This document shows positions 17,640 to 27,516 of a stretch of DNA of 32,000 bases, piece by piece. The stretch covers positions 120,001 to 152,000 of the forward strand of contig NZ_AP013293.1 of NCBI RefSeq assembly GCF_000829155.1, given 5' to 3'. Each line of letters begins with the position of its first letter. Position 1 is the first letter of the stretch. The DNA is from Candidatus Karelsulcia muelleri PSPU. GTDB taxonomy: Bacteria; Bacteroidota; Bacteroidia; Flavobacteriales; Blattabacteriaceae. A program made the translations under genes and the position numbers. The notes under the pieces were generated by a model. That model was not told the origin of the DNA, searched no databases, and saw nothing but the letters and a program-made list of their open reading frames with translations.

Positions 17640-19394
17640 ATGAAAATAACAGTTAGAATAGCTAATATTGATGATAAAAAGTACGCTTATCTTATATGTA
17701 AAGAGATAGAATCTTCTGCTAAAGTTAGAGGAACTGGTATCTCAAAAAGAGATCCTGAATATATTAAAAAAAAAATGGTTGATGGATTTTCTGTTATAGC
17801 CTTTTTTAATGGTAATTTAGCAGGATTTAGTTACTTTGAAATATTTGAAAAAAAAAAATTTTTATCTAATTCTGGACTTATCGTATTTCCTAAATATAGA
17901 TTACACGGATTAGCTAAAATGATAAAATTAGAAATTTTTAAATTATCAAAAAATAAATTTCCTAAATCAAAAATATTTAGTATTACTACTAGTCCTGCAG
18001 TAATAAAGATTAATACAGATTTAGGTTTTAATCCTGTATTATTTAGTTATTTAACTAAATCTAAAAAATTTTGGAAAGGATGTAAAAGTTGTACTAATTA
18101 TGATATTCTTATTAGAAATAAGAAAAAAATGTGTTTATGTACAGGATTATTATATGATCCTAAAAAAAAAAATTTTAATTTAAAAAAAAATTATTTATAT
18201 AAAGGAGATACAATTTTATTAGCATATAGTGGTGGATTAGATACTTCATTTTGTTTAAAATATTTAATTAATGAAGGATATAAAGTAATAACTATTATAA
18301 TTAATACTGGAGGATTTAATAATAAAGATATTGAATCTATTGAAAATAAAGCTATAAATATAGGAGCTTTATATCATTATTCTATAAATGCTAAAGAATA
18401 TTTTTATTATAAATGTATAAAATATTTAGTATATGGAAATATACTTAAAAATAATACATATCCTTTATCTGTTAGTTCCGAAAGATTTTTTCAAGCAATT
18501 TTAATTGCCGAATATGCTAAAAAATTAAAAGTAAAAGCTATATCTCATGGAAGTACAGGAGCAGGAAATGATCAAGTTAGATTTGATTTAGCATTTCAAA
18601 TTTTATGTCCTGATAAAATTATAGTTACCCCAATAAGAGATATTAAATTATCTAGAAAAGAGGAAGTTAATTTTTTAAAAAGTAAAGGCATAAAAATTTC
18701 TTGGAAAAAAGCTAAATATTCTATTAATAAAGGAATTTGGGGAACTAGTATAGGAGGTGAAGAAACATTAAAATCATCAACATCATTACCTGAAAAAGCT
18801 TATCCTACCAAATTATCTGAATATTCTAAATTCTATCTAGAATTAGAATTTAAAAAAGGAGAATTATTATATATTAATAATATTAAAGATTTACAAATAA
18901 ACAATATTATAAAACTTGAAAAGTTATCGTCTAAATTTGCTATAGGTAGAGATATCCATGTAGGAGATACTATACTTGGAATAAAGGGGAGAGTAGGATT
19001 TGAAGCGTCTGCTGCTTTATTAATAATAAAAGCACATCAACTTTTAGAAAAACATATTTTAACTAAATGGCAAATATATTGGAAAGAGCAGTTATCTAAT
19101 TGGTATGGAAATTTATTACATGAAGCACAATATTTAGATCCAATTATGCGTGATATAGAGTGTTTTTTTACAAATACTCAAAAACGAGTAAGTGGAAAAG
19201 TAAAGATATTATTAAATCCATATATATTTAAATTAATAGGTATTAAATCAAAATTTGATATGATGAAATCTAATATTGCTAAATATGGTGAAATTAATAA
19301 TGAGTGGACTAGTGATGAGGTTAAAGGATTTATTAAAATTTTTGGGAATCAAATGAAAATTTATCATAATATAAAAAAAAATTATATATCATAA
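17640..19394 (+). CDS. argG: Single ORF fusing a GNAT-family N-acyltransferase domain (residues ~1-175) to argininosuccinate synthase (residues ~186-584)
   Basis: The N-terminal part has the GNAT acyl-CoA motif FPKYRLHGLAKMI (R-x-x-G-x-A), followed by a Cys cluster GCKSC...CLC. The C-terminal part has the ArgG motifs LAYSGGLDTS, ISHGSTGAGNDQVRF, GIWGTSIGG and GRVGFEA. There is no stop codon and no ATG, GTG or TTG between the two parts. Confidence 0.88.
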   Translation: MKITVRIANIDDKKYAYLICKEIESSAKVRGTGISKRDPEYIKKKMVDGFSVIAFFNGNLAGFSYFEIFEKKKFLSNSGLIVFPKYRLHGLAKMIKLEIFKLSKNKFPKSKIFSITTSPAVIKINTDLGFNPVLFSYLTKSKKFWKGCKSCTNYDILIRNKKKMCLCTGLLYDPKKKNFNLKKNYLYKGDTILLAYSGGLDTSFCLKYLINEGYKVITIIINTGGFNNKDIESIENKAINIGALYHYSINAKEYFYYKCIKYLVYGNILKNNTYPLSVSSERFFQAILIAEYAKKLKVKAISHGSTGAGNDQVRFDLAFQILCPDKIIVTPIRDIKLSRKEEVNFLKSKGIKISWKKAKYSINKGIWGTSIGGEETLKSSTSLPEKAYPTKLSEYSKFYLELEFKKGELLYINNIKDLQINNIIKLEKLSSKFAIGRDIHVGDTILGIKGRVGFEASAALLIIKAHQLLEKHILTKWQIYWKEQLSNWYGNLLHEAQYLDPIMRDIECFFTNTQKRVSGKVKILLNPYIFKLIGIKSKFDMMKSNIAKYGEINNEWTSDEVKGFIKIFGNQMKIYHNIKKNYIS

Positions 19395-19395
19395 T

Positions 19396-20367
19396 ATGAT
19401 TAATATAGGAATTATTGGTGGTGCTGGATATACTGCAAATGAATTAATTAAAATTCTTATTAATCATCCAAAAGTTAAAATAAAAAATATAGTAAGTACT
19501 ACTTATCCAGGTATTCCTATAGAAAATATACATAAAGATATTATAGGTGAAATTAATAAACTATTTAGTAGTGAAATTACTGATGATATTGACTTATTAT
19601 TTCTTTGTATAGGTCATGGACATTCAAAAAAAATATTAAATAATATTTCTTCTAAAATTAATGTAATTGATTTGAGTAATGATTTTAGAATAAATAAAAA
19701 TTCTATTTTTAAAAATAGAATTTTTAAGTATGGTTTACCTGAATTAAATAAAAATATTATAAAAAAATCTAATAATATTGCTAATCCAGGCTGTTTTTCC
19801 ACAGCTATACAATTATCAATATTACCTCTTGCAAAAAAAAATTTATTAAAAACTAATATACATATTAGTGCTATAACTGGATCTACTGGTGCAGGTCGAA
19901 TGAATAATGATAACTTAAATTTTAGTTTTAGAAATAATAATATATCAACATATAATTTATTTAATCATAAACATATAAATGAAGTGAGACAAACTATAAA
20001 TAAATTACAAAAGAAATATTATGGAAAAATATATTTTATACCATATAGAGGATGTTTTTCTAGAGGAATAATATCAACGTTATATACTAATATAGAAATT
20101 TCATTTGATGAAATAAAAAAAATATATTATAATTTTTATAAAAAAAATCCTTTTATTTTTATATCTGAAAAAGAAATACATTTAAAACAAGTTATAAATA
20201 CCAATAAATGTATATTACATTTGAATTATAATAAAAATAAACTAATAATAACTAGTATAATTGATAATCTTATAAAAGGAGCTTCAGGACAAGCTGTTCA
20301 AAATATGAATATTATGTATAATTTTGAAGAAACCTGTGGTTTAAAATTAAAACCTATGGGTTTATAA
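19396..20367 (+). CDS. argC: N-acyl-gamma-glutamyl-phosphate reductase
   Basis: 323 aa. It has IGIIGGAGYTANELIKIL, the active-site ANPGCFSTA, and C-terminal DNLIKGASGQAVQNMN. Confidence 0.93.
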   Translation: MINIGIIGGAGYTANELIKILINHPKVKIKNIVSTTYPGIPIENIHKDIIGEINKLFSSEITDDIDLLFLCIGHGHSKKILNNISSKINVIDLSNDFRINKNSIFKNRIFKYGLPELNKNIIKKSNNIANPGCFSTAIQLSILPLAKKNLLKTNIHISAITGSTGAGRMNNDNLNFSFRNNNISTYNLFNHKHINEVRQTINKLQKKYYGKIYFIPYRGCFSRGIISTLYTNIEISFDEIKKIYYNFYKKNPFIFISEKEIHLKQVINTNKCILHLNYNKNKLIITSIIDNLIKGASGQAVQNMNIMYNFEETCGLKLKPMGL

Positions 20368-21512
20368 TGAATTTATTCAATGTTTATTCTATTGTAGATA
20401 TCGAAATAATTAAAGGTAGAGGAATATATCTTTATGATAATAAAAATAAAAAATATTTTGATTTTTATGGTGGACATGCTGTAATTTCAATTGGTCATTC
20501 TCATCCTACATACGTAAATAATATAAAAAAACAAATAGAAAAAATTTTTTTTTATTCTAATTCTATAAAAATACCTGAACAAGAAAAATTAGCTAGTATG
20601 CTACTAGAGATATCAGAATATAATGATTATAAAGTTTTTTTATGTAATTCTGGAGCAGAAGCAAATGAAAATGCTATTAAAATTGCGTCTTTTAATAATA
20701 AAAAAAAAAAAATAATAGCATTTAAAAACTCTTTTCATGGCCGTACTAGTGGGGCTATTTCAATTACAGATAATAAAAAAATTATTACTAAATTTAATTC
20801 ACAACATGAAGTTAAATTTTTTTCTTATAAAGATATCTATTTATTAGAAGAAGAATTAAAAAAAGAAGATACTTGTGCTGTTATTTCAGAAGGAATACAA
20901 GGTATAGGAGGTATAATTGATCCAGGAATATTTTTTTTTAAAAAAATATATTCTTTATGTAGAAAATATAATACTATTCTTATACTAGATGAAATACAAA
21001 GTGGTTATGGTAGAACAGGATTATTTTTTGCACATCAAAATTCTGGGATTAAACCAGATATAATTACTATTGCTAAAGGAATGGGAAATGGATTCCCTAT
21101 AGGGGGAGTAATTATAAATCCTAAATTTAAACCATTTAATGGAATGTTAGGAACTACATTTGGTGGAAACTATTTAGCTTGTTCTTCTGGAATTTCTGTT
21201 TTAGAAATTATAAAAAATGAATGTCTTATATATAAGGCAAAAAAAAATGGAAAAATATTTATTAATTCTTTAAAAGAAATTGATGAAATTAAAGAAATTA
21301 GAGGAAGAGGTCTTATGCTTGGGCTTAATTTTAATTTTAAAATACAAAAATTAATAAATATTTTAATAAAAAATGAAAATATTTTTGTAGGATCTTCTTT
21401 TAATAAAAAGATAATAAGATTATTACCTCCTCTTACTATAGAAGAAAAACATATAAAAACTTTTATTTTAAAATTAAAAAAAGCATTGTATTTTTTAAAA
21501 AATGATAAATAA
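20367..21512 (+). CDS. argD: N-acyl(acetyl/succinyl)ornithine aminotransferase, class III PLP enzyme
   Basis: 381 aa. It has GGHAVISIGHSHP, CNSGAEANENAIK, FHGRT, LDEIQSGYGRTG, and the PLP-lysine region TIAKGMGNGFPIG. Its start overlaps the argC stop by 1 nt (TAATG). Confidence 0.92.
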   Translation: MNLFNVYSIVDIEIIKGRGIYLYDNKNKKYFDFYGGHAVISIGHSHPTYVNNIKKQIEKIFFYSNSIKIPEQEKLASMLLEISEYNDYKVFLCNSGAEANENAIKIASFNNKKKKIIAFKNSFHGRTSGAISITDNKKIITKFNSQHEVKFFSYKDIYLLEEELKKEDTCAVISEGIQGIGGIIDPGIFFFKKIYSLCRKYNTILILDEIQSGYGRTGLFFAHQNSGIKPDIITIAKGMGNGFPIGGVIINPKFKPFNGMLGTTFGGNYLACSSGISVLEIIKNECLIYKAKKNGKIFINSLKEIDEIKEIRGRGLMLGLNFNFKIQKLINILIKNENIFVGSSFNKKIIRLLPPLTIEEKHIKTFILKLKKALYFLKNDK

Positions 21513-22584
21513 AAAAGCCCAATTAATTTTGGAGGATGGTAGTATTTATGAAGCTTATAGTTTTGGTTATGAAAAATCCTCAGCTGGAGAAATAGTATTT
21601 AACACCTCAATGACTGGTTATAATGAAAGTTTAACGGATCCTTCTTATAAAGGACAGATATTAGTTTGTACTTATCCATTAATCGGAAATTATGGAATTC
21701 CTCCAATAACTTCAAATAAAAAAAAACTAAAAATATTTTTTGAATCAAATAATATTAATGTTTCTGGATTAATAATCTCTTCTTATTCAGAGAATGCATT
21801 CCACTGGAATATGTATAAAAAATTATCATATTTTTTAAAAATTAATAAGACCGTAGGTCTCTATTCCATAGATACAAGATCACTTACAAAAAAACTTAGA
21901 GATAAAGGAACTATGTTAGGAAAAATAATTATTTCAGATAATGTAAAATTTTATAATCCAGATAAATATAATTTAGTATATAAGGTTTCTATAAGAAAAA
22001 AAAAAATATATGGAAATGGAAAATATAAAATTTTGCTTATAGATTGTGGGGTTAAAAATAATATTATTAGATGTTTCTTAGAAAGAAATTGCACTGTAAT
22101 AAGAGTTCCTTGGAATTATAATTTTCTAAATGAAGAATATGATGGTTTATTTATTTCTAATGGTCCAGGAAATCCAAAAGAATATAAAACTACAATAAAT
22201 AATATTAGTAAAGTTTTGATATGTAATAAACCTATTTTTGGAATATGTTTAGGAAATCAATTATTAGGTCTTGCTGCAGGTTTCGATACACATAAACTTA
22301 AATATGGTCATAGGAGTAATAATCAACCTGTGATTTTATCAGGAACTAATAGGTGTTTTATTACTTCACAAAATCATGGATATGTAATAGATTCAAATAA
22401 AATTCCAAATGGATGGAAAATTTTGTTTAAAAATTTAAATGATAATACTTGTGAAGGATTAATAAATTTTGAAAAATCTTTTATTTCAGTTCAATTCCAT
22501 CCAGAAGCATCAAGTGGGCCTACTGATACTCAATTTCTTTTTGATGTATTTTTGAAATTTATAAAATGTAAAAAGAAGAAATAG
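21502..22584 (+). CDS. carA: Carbamoyl-phosphate synthase small (glutaminase) subunit
   Basis: 360 aa. It has FNTSMTGYNESLTDPSYKGQIL, the nucleophile elbow GICLGNQLL, NHGY, and FSVQFHPEA. It overlaps argD by 11 nt. Confidence 0.95.
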   Translation: MINKKAQLILEDGSIYEAYSFGYEKSSAGEIVFNTSMTGYNESLTDPSYKGQILVCTYPLIGNYGIPPITSNKKKLKIFFESNNINVSGLIISSYSENAFHWNMYKKLSYFLKINKTVGLYSIDTRSLTKKLRDKGTMLGKIIISDNVKFYNPDKYNLVYKVSIRKKKIYGNGKYKILLIDCGVKNNIIRCFLERNCTVIRVPWNYNFLNEEYDGLFISNGPGNPKEYKTTINNISKVLICNKPIFGICLGNQLLGLAAGFDTHKLKYGHRSNNQPVILSGTNRCFITSQNHGYVIDSNKIPNGWKILFKNLNDNTCEGLINFEKSFISVQFHPEASSGPTDTQFLFDVFLKFIKCKKKK

Positions 22585-22589
22585 TCTAT

Positions 22590-25500
22590 ATGAAACTAGA
22601 AAAAGTATTAGTGATAGGATCCGGTGCCTTAAAAATAGGAGAAGCAGGAGAATTTGATTATTCTGGAACACAAGCTTTAAAAGCTCTTAAAGAAGAAAAT
22701 ATTTTTACAATTTTAGTAAATCCTAATATAGCTACAGTTCAAACATCTGAAAAAATAGCTGATAAAATTTATTCATTACCTATTACCCCTTTTTTTGTTG
22801 AAAAAATAATAGAAAAAGAAAAACCACAAGGAATATTCCTTTCATTTGGTGGGCAAACAGCTTTAAATTGTGGAATTGAATTATATAATAATGGTGTTTT
22901 TAAAAAAAACAATGTAAAAGTTTTAGGAACTCCTATATCCTATATTATTAAAAGTGAAGATCGTGATATTTTTAGAAAAATGTTAATTAATATAGGAATA
23001 AACATAGCTAAAAGTATAGCTGTAAATTCTGTATATGAGGCGATAAATGCATCTAATGAAATAGGATTTCCTTTGATAATTAGATCAGCTTATGCTCTGG
23101 GTGGTTTGGGAAGTGGATTTGCTAAAAATGTAGATGAATTAAAAAAAATATCAAGTGTTGCATTATCTTATTCTTCTCAAATTCTTATAGAAGAATCACT
23201 AAAAGGTTGGAAAGAAATTGAATATGAAGTTGTAAGAGATATTTATGATAATTGTATTACTGTATGTAATATGGAAAATATAGATCCTATAGGAATTCAT
23301 ACTGGAGATAGCATTGTAGTTGCCCCCTCTCAAACATTGAATAATATAGAATATAATAGATTACGATCTATTTCTATAAAAATAGCTAGATATTTTAATA
23401 TAATAGGTGAATGTAATGTTCAATTTGCTTTGTCTAATAATTCAGATAAATATAATGTTATTGAGATAAATGCTCGTTTATCAAGATCAAGTGCGTTAGC
23501 TTCTAAAGCTACAGGATATCCTTTAGCTTTTATAGCTGCTAAATTAGCATTAGGATATGGATTACATGAATTAAAAAATACTGTAACTAAATTAACATAT
23601 GCCTTTTTTGAACCAGCTTTAGATTATATTGTTTGTAAAATCCCCCGTTGGGATTTAAAAAAATTTGATGGTGTATCTACTAAAATTGGGAGTAGTATGA
23701 AAAGTGTAGGTGAGTTAATGTCTATAGGTGGTTCGTTTGAAGAAGCAATTCAAAAAGGACTTAGAATGTTAGATTTAGGTTTATATGGATTTATAAATCC
23801 ATTAAAAAAAAAAAAAAAAATAAAATCAGTAATAAAGATTTTAAAATCTCCTAAATATAATAGAATAGAAGTTCTTGAGGATGCATTTGAAAAGGGCTTA
23901 TCAGTATATGATATAACAAATATTACAAATATAAATCCTTGGTTTATTTATAAATTAGAAAATATTTATAAAACTAAAAAAAAATTAAAATTTTATAATA
24001 AAAAAAATTATATTACATATGATTTATTATATAAATCAAAAAAACAAGGATTTTCAGATAATCAAATTGCAGGACTTATATCATCATCAATTGATGAAAT
24101 AACTAAATTATCAAATAATATAAGAAATTATAGGAAAAAAAAAAAAATAATACCCTTTACCAGGCAAATTGATACATTAGCATCTGAATATCCATCAAAA
24201 ACTAATTATTTATATTTAACTTATAATGGAGAACATCATGATGTTTCGTATTCTGAAAAAGAAAAATCAATTGTGATTTTAGGATCAGGTGTATATAGAA
24301 TTGGTAGTAGTGTAGAATTTGATTGGTGTTGTGTTAGTGGATTAGATTTTATAAAAAAAGAAGGATATCGTTCAGTAATAATAAATTATAATCCAGAAAC
24401 AGTAAGTACAGATTTTGATGTCTGCGATAGATTATATTTTGAAGAACTTAGTTTAGAAAGAGTATTAGATATAATAGAATTAGAAAATCCTGAAGGGACT
24501 GTTATATCTATGGGGGGCCAAATTCCAAATAATTTATCATTACCTCTTTATAAAAAGAAAGTTAAAATATTAGGAACTTCTCCAATTCATATAGATGAAG
24601 TAGAAGATAGATTTAAATTTTCTAAATCTCTAGATAAATTAAATATACTTCAACCAAAATGGAAAGAATTATCTAATATTTATGATGTTTATCATTTTAT
24701 AAATTTAGTAGGATTTCCTATTATTATTAGACCTTCTTATGTTTTATCTGGAGCTGCTATGAATATAGTTTTTGATAAAAAAAAATTAGATTTCTGTTTA
24801 AAAAAAGCTAAAACTATATCTCCTAAATATCCTATAGTAATAACAAAATTTATAGAAAATGCAAAAGAAATAGAATTAGATGCTGTTGCAAATAATGGAA
24901 AAATGATATATCATGCTATATCAGAACATATAGAATATGCAGGTGTTCATTCTGGAGATGCTACATTAGTATATCCTACCCAAAATATTTCATTAAATAC
25001 TATTAAAAAAATAAAAAATATTTCAAAAAAAATAGCTAAAAGATTTAATATATCAGGTCCATTTAATATACAATTTTTATATAAAAAAAAAAAAATAAAA
25101 GTAATTGAATGTAACTTAAGAGCTTCAAGAAGTTTTCCTTTTATATCAAAAGTTTCACATTTGAATATGGTAGAATTAGCGATGAAAGTTCTTTTAAAGA
25201 AGAAAAATATTGATAAAAATATCACTAATTTTTTAACAATTGATTATGTAGGTGTAAAATCTTCACAATTTTCATTTTCTAGGCTTGAAGGTTCAGACCC
25301 AATATTAGGTGTAGATATGGTTTCTACAGGAGAAGTAGGATGTTTAGGATCTTCTTTTAATGAAGCTCTAATAAAATCTATGTTATCTGTTGGTTATAAT
25401 ATCCCCAAAAAAAATATATTTATTTATATAAAATCTCTAAAAAATAGAATAATAATGTTAGATTATATAAAATTATTAATAATAAATAATTATATTCTTT

Positions 25501-25796
25501 TTTCTAAAGATGAAACTTATAATTTTTTTATTAAAAATAAAATTTTTTGTAAAAAAAATTCTTCTACTAAGAAAAGTAGTAATATAATTGATAATTTAAA
25601 ATCTAATAAAATAGATCTTATAATTAATATTCCCTATAAAAATAATAAAAATGATTATTTAATTAGACGTGCAGCTATAAATTTGAATATTCCTTTATTA
25701 ACTAATATTTGCTTAGCAAAAGTTTTTATAAAATCGTTTTGTGAAATAAAATCATTTAAAAAAATTTATATATCTCACTGGAATAGTTATAAATAA
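22590..25796 (+). CDS. carB: Carbamoyl-phosphate synthase large subunit
   Basis: 1068 aa with duplicated ATP-grasp halves. Motifs include GSGALKIGEAGEFDYSGTQA, NPNIATVQTS, IIRSAYALGG, EINARLSRSSALASKATGYP, a second half with GSGVYRIGSSVEFDWC, NYNPETVSTDFD and IECNLRASRSFPF, and an MGS-like C-terminus. Confidence 0.96.
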   Translation: MKLEKVLVIGSGALKIGEAGEFDYSGTQALKALKEENIFTILVNPNIATVQTSEKIADKIYSLPITPFFVEKIIEKEKPQGIFLSFGGQTALNCGIELYNNGVFKKNNVKVLGTPISYIIKSEDRDIFRKMLINIGINIAKSIAVNSVYEAINASNEIGFPLIIRSAYALGGLGSGFAKNVDELKKISSVALSYSSQILIEESLKGWKEIEYEVVRDIYDNCITVCNMENIDPIGIHTGDSIVVAPSQTLNNIEYNRLRSISIKIARYFNIIGECNVQFALSNNSDKYNVIEINARLSRSSALASKATGYPLAFIAAKLALGYGLHELKNTVTKLTYAFFEPALDYIVCKIPRWDLKKFDGVSTKIGSSMKSVGELMSIGGSFEEAIQKGLRMLDLGLYGFINPLKKKKKIKSVIKILKSPKYNRIEVLEDAFEKGLSVYDITNITNINPWFIYKLENIYKTKKKLKFYNKKNYITYDLLYKSKKQGFSDNQIAGLISSSIDEITKLSNNIRNYRKKKKIIPFTRQIDTLASEYPSKTNYLYLTYNGEHHDVSYSEKEKSIVILGSGVYRIGSSVEFDWCCVSGLDFIKKEGYRSVIINYNPETVSTDFDVCDRLYFEELSLERVLDIIELENPEGTVISMGGQIPNNLSLPLYKKKVKILGTSPIHIDEVEDRFKFSKSLDKLNILQPKWKELSNIYDVYHFINLVGFPIIIRPSYVLSGAAMNIVFDKKKLDFCLKKAKTISPKYPIVITKFIENAKEIELDAVANNGKMIYHAISEHIEYAGVHSGDATLVYPTQNISLNTIKKIKNISKKIAKRFNISGPFNIQFLYKKKKIKVIECNLRASRSFPFISKVSHLNMVELAMKVLLKKKNIDKNITNFLTIDYVGVKSSQFSFSRLEGSDPILGVDMVSTGEVGCLGSSFNEALIKSMLSVGYNIPKKNIFIYIKSLKNRIIMLDYIKLLIINNYILFSKDETYNFFIKNKIFCKKNSSTKKSSNIIDNLKSNKIDLIINIPYKNNKNDYLIRRAAINLNIPLLTNICLAKVFIKSFCEIKSFKKIYISHWNSYK

Positions 25797-25804
25797 TTAA
25801 AATA

Positions 25805-26746
25805 ATGAAAAAATTTATTAGTGTAAATGATGTAAAAGATGTTAAACAACTTATAGATAAAGCTATAAAATTAAAAAAAAATACTTTTAAAAAAAAAAAA
25901 ATTTGCAAAACTATTGGATTAGTATTTTTTAATACTAGTTTAAGAACACGTTTAAGTAGTCAAAAAGCTGCTTTTAATATAGGTTGTAATACTTGGATTT
26001 TAAATATAGATTCAGATTCTTGGAAAATAGAGAAATCTGATGGATCAGTTATGAATTCTACACAAGAACATATTAAAGAAGCGATAGGTGTAATGAGTTT
26101 ATATTGTGATATCTTAGCAGTAAGAACATTTCCATGTCTTATTGATAGAGAATATGATTACGAAGAAATTTTACTAAAAAAAATAATAAAATATTCAAAA
26201 GTTCCAGTAGTTAATCTTGAAAGTGCTACTTTACATCCTTTACAATCATTAGCAGATTTAATGACAATTGAAGAATTTAAAAAAAAAAAAAAAATAAAAA
26301 TAGTTTTAAGTTGGGCCCCTCATATAAAAGCCTTGCCTCAATCAGTTCCAAATTCGTTTATAGAATGGGTAAAAAAAATAAAAGATATAAAATTATATAT
26401 TACTAATCCATATGGATATAATTTGAATAGTCATTTTACAAATGGCATAAAATTGATTAATAATCAAAATGAAGCTTTTAAAAATGCAGATTTTATCTAT
26501 GCTAAAAATTGGAGTAGTTATGATAATTATGGTAAAATTATTTGTAAGGATTTATCTTGGACTATTACAAAAAAAAAAATGAAATTAACTAATGAAGCTA
26601 AATTTATGCATTGTTTACCAGTAAGAAGAAATTTAGTAGTAGAAGATGCTGTTTTAGATGATAAAAATTCTATTGTTTTAAATCAAGCAGAAAATAGAAT
26701 TTTTGCGACACAAACAGTATTTCTAGAAATATTAGAAAATATATGA
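25805..26746 (+). CDS. argF': N-acyl-L-ornithine carbamoyltransferase of the Bacteroidetes/Xanthomonas ArgF' type (N-succinyl- or N-acetylornithine transcarbamylase)
   Basis: 313 aa. It has the carbamoyl-phosphate motif NTSLRTRLS, HPLQSLADL, WAPH...PQSVPNS, AKNW, and FMHCLPVRRN. It is collinear with the Bacteroides fragilis SOTCase as I remember it and lacks the DxxxSMG ornithine loop of classical OTCase. Confidence 0.85.
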   Translation: MKKFISVNDVKDVKQLIDKAIKLKKNTFKKKKICKTIGLVFFNTSLRTRLSSQKAAFNIGCNTWILNIDSDSWKIEKSDGSVMNSTQEHIKEAIGVMSLYCDILAVRTFPCLIDREYDYEEILLKKIIKYSKVPVVNLESATLHPLQSLADLMTIEEFKKKKKIKIVLSWAPHIKALPQSVPNSFIEWVKKIKDIKLYITNPYGYNLNSHFTNGIKLINNQNEAFKNADFIYAKNWSSYDNYGKIICKDLSWTITKKKMKLTNEAKFMHCLPVRRNLVVEDAVLDDKNSIVLNQAENRIFATQTVFLEILENI

Positions 26747-27516
26747 TTAATGTTGTTAAAATAGGAGGTGAGATTATAGATAATAAAAACTTATTAATTT
26801 ATTCTTTAAAAAATTTTTCTAAATTAGATGGATATAAAATACTAGTCCATGGAGGAGGAAAAATAGCTGATATTTTTTCAAAAAAAATGGGATATAATAA
26901 TAATATTATAAATGGTAGACGTATTACAGATAAAACTACATTAGATATAGTAGTAATGACATATTCTGGTCTTATAAATAAAAGAATAGTATCAAAATTA
27001 CAAAGTTTAGGATTAAATTCTCTAGGATTTTCTGGAGCAGATGGAAATATAGTTAAATCATATAAACGTCCTATTAAAGATATAGATTATGGATATGTTG
27101 GTAATTTAAAGATTAATAGCATTAATACTGATTTAATAAAGTATATGTTTAAAATTGGAATAATTCCTGTTTTATCTCCTATTACTCATGATGGAAATGG
27201 AAATCTATTAAATACAAATGCAGATACTATAGCTTCTTATTTATCTATTTCTTTATCAAAAGAATATAAAGTAATTTTATCCTATATTTTTAATAAAATT
27301 GGTGTTTTAAATAATTTAAATGATGAAAAATCATATTATTCTAATATAGAAGAAAATTTATTTAAAAAATTAAAAAATAATAATATTATAAACAAAGGAA
27401 TGATTCCAAAATTAGAAAATGCTTTTTATGCATTAAAAAATGGAGTTTACAAAGTAACAATATCTCATCCTAATTATTTAAATAATACTACAAAAAAAAC
27501 TATTATATGTCTGTAA
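26743..27516 (+). CDS. argB: N-acyl(acetyl)glutamate kinase
   Basis: 257 aa. It has VVKIGGEII, LVHGGG, INGRRITD, GFSGADG, and LNTNADT. Its ATG overlaps the argF' TGA (ATGA). Confidence 0.92.
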   Translation: MINVVKIGGEIIDNKNLLIYSLKNFSKLDGYKILVHGGGKIADIFSKKMGYNNNIINGRRITDKTTLDIVVMTYSGLINKRIVSKLQSLGLNSLGFSGADGNIVKSYKRPIKDIDYGYVGNLKINSINTDLIKYMFKIGIIPVLSPITHDGNGNLLNTNADTIASYLSISLSKEYKVILSYIFNKIGVLNNLNDEKSYYSNIEENLFKKLKNNNIINKGMIPKLENAFYALKNGVYKVTISHPNYLNNTTKKTIICL

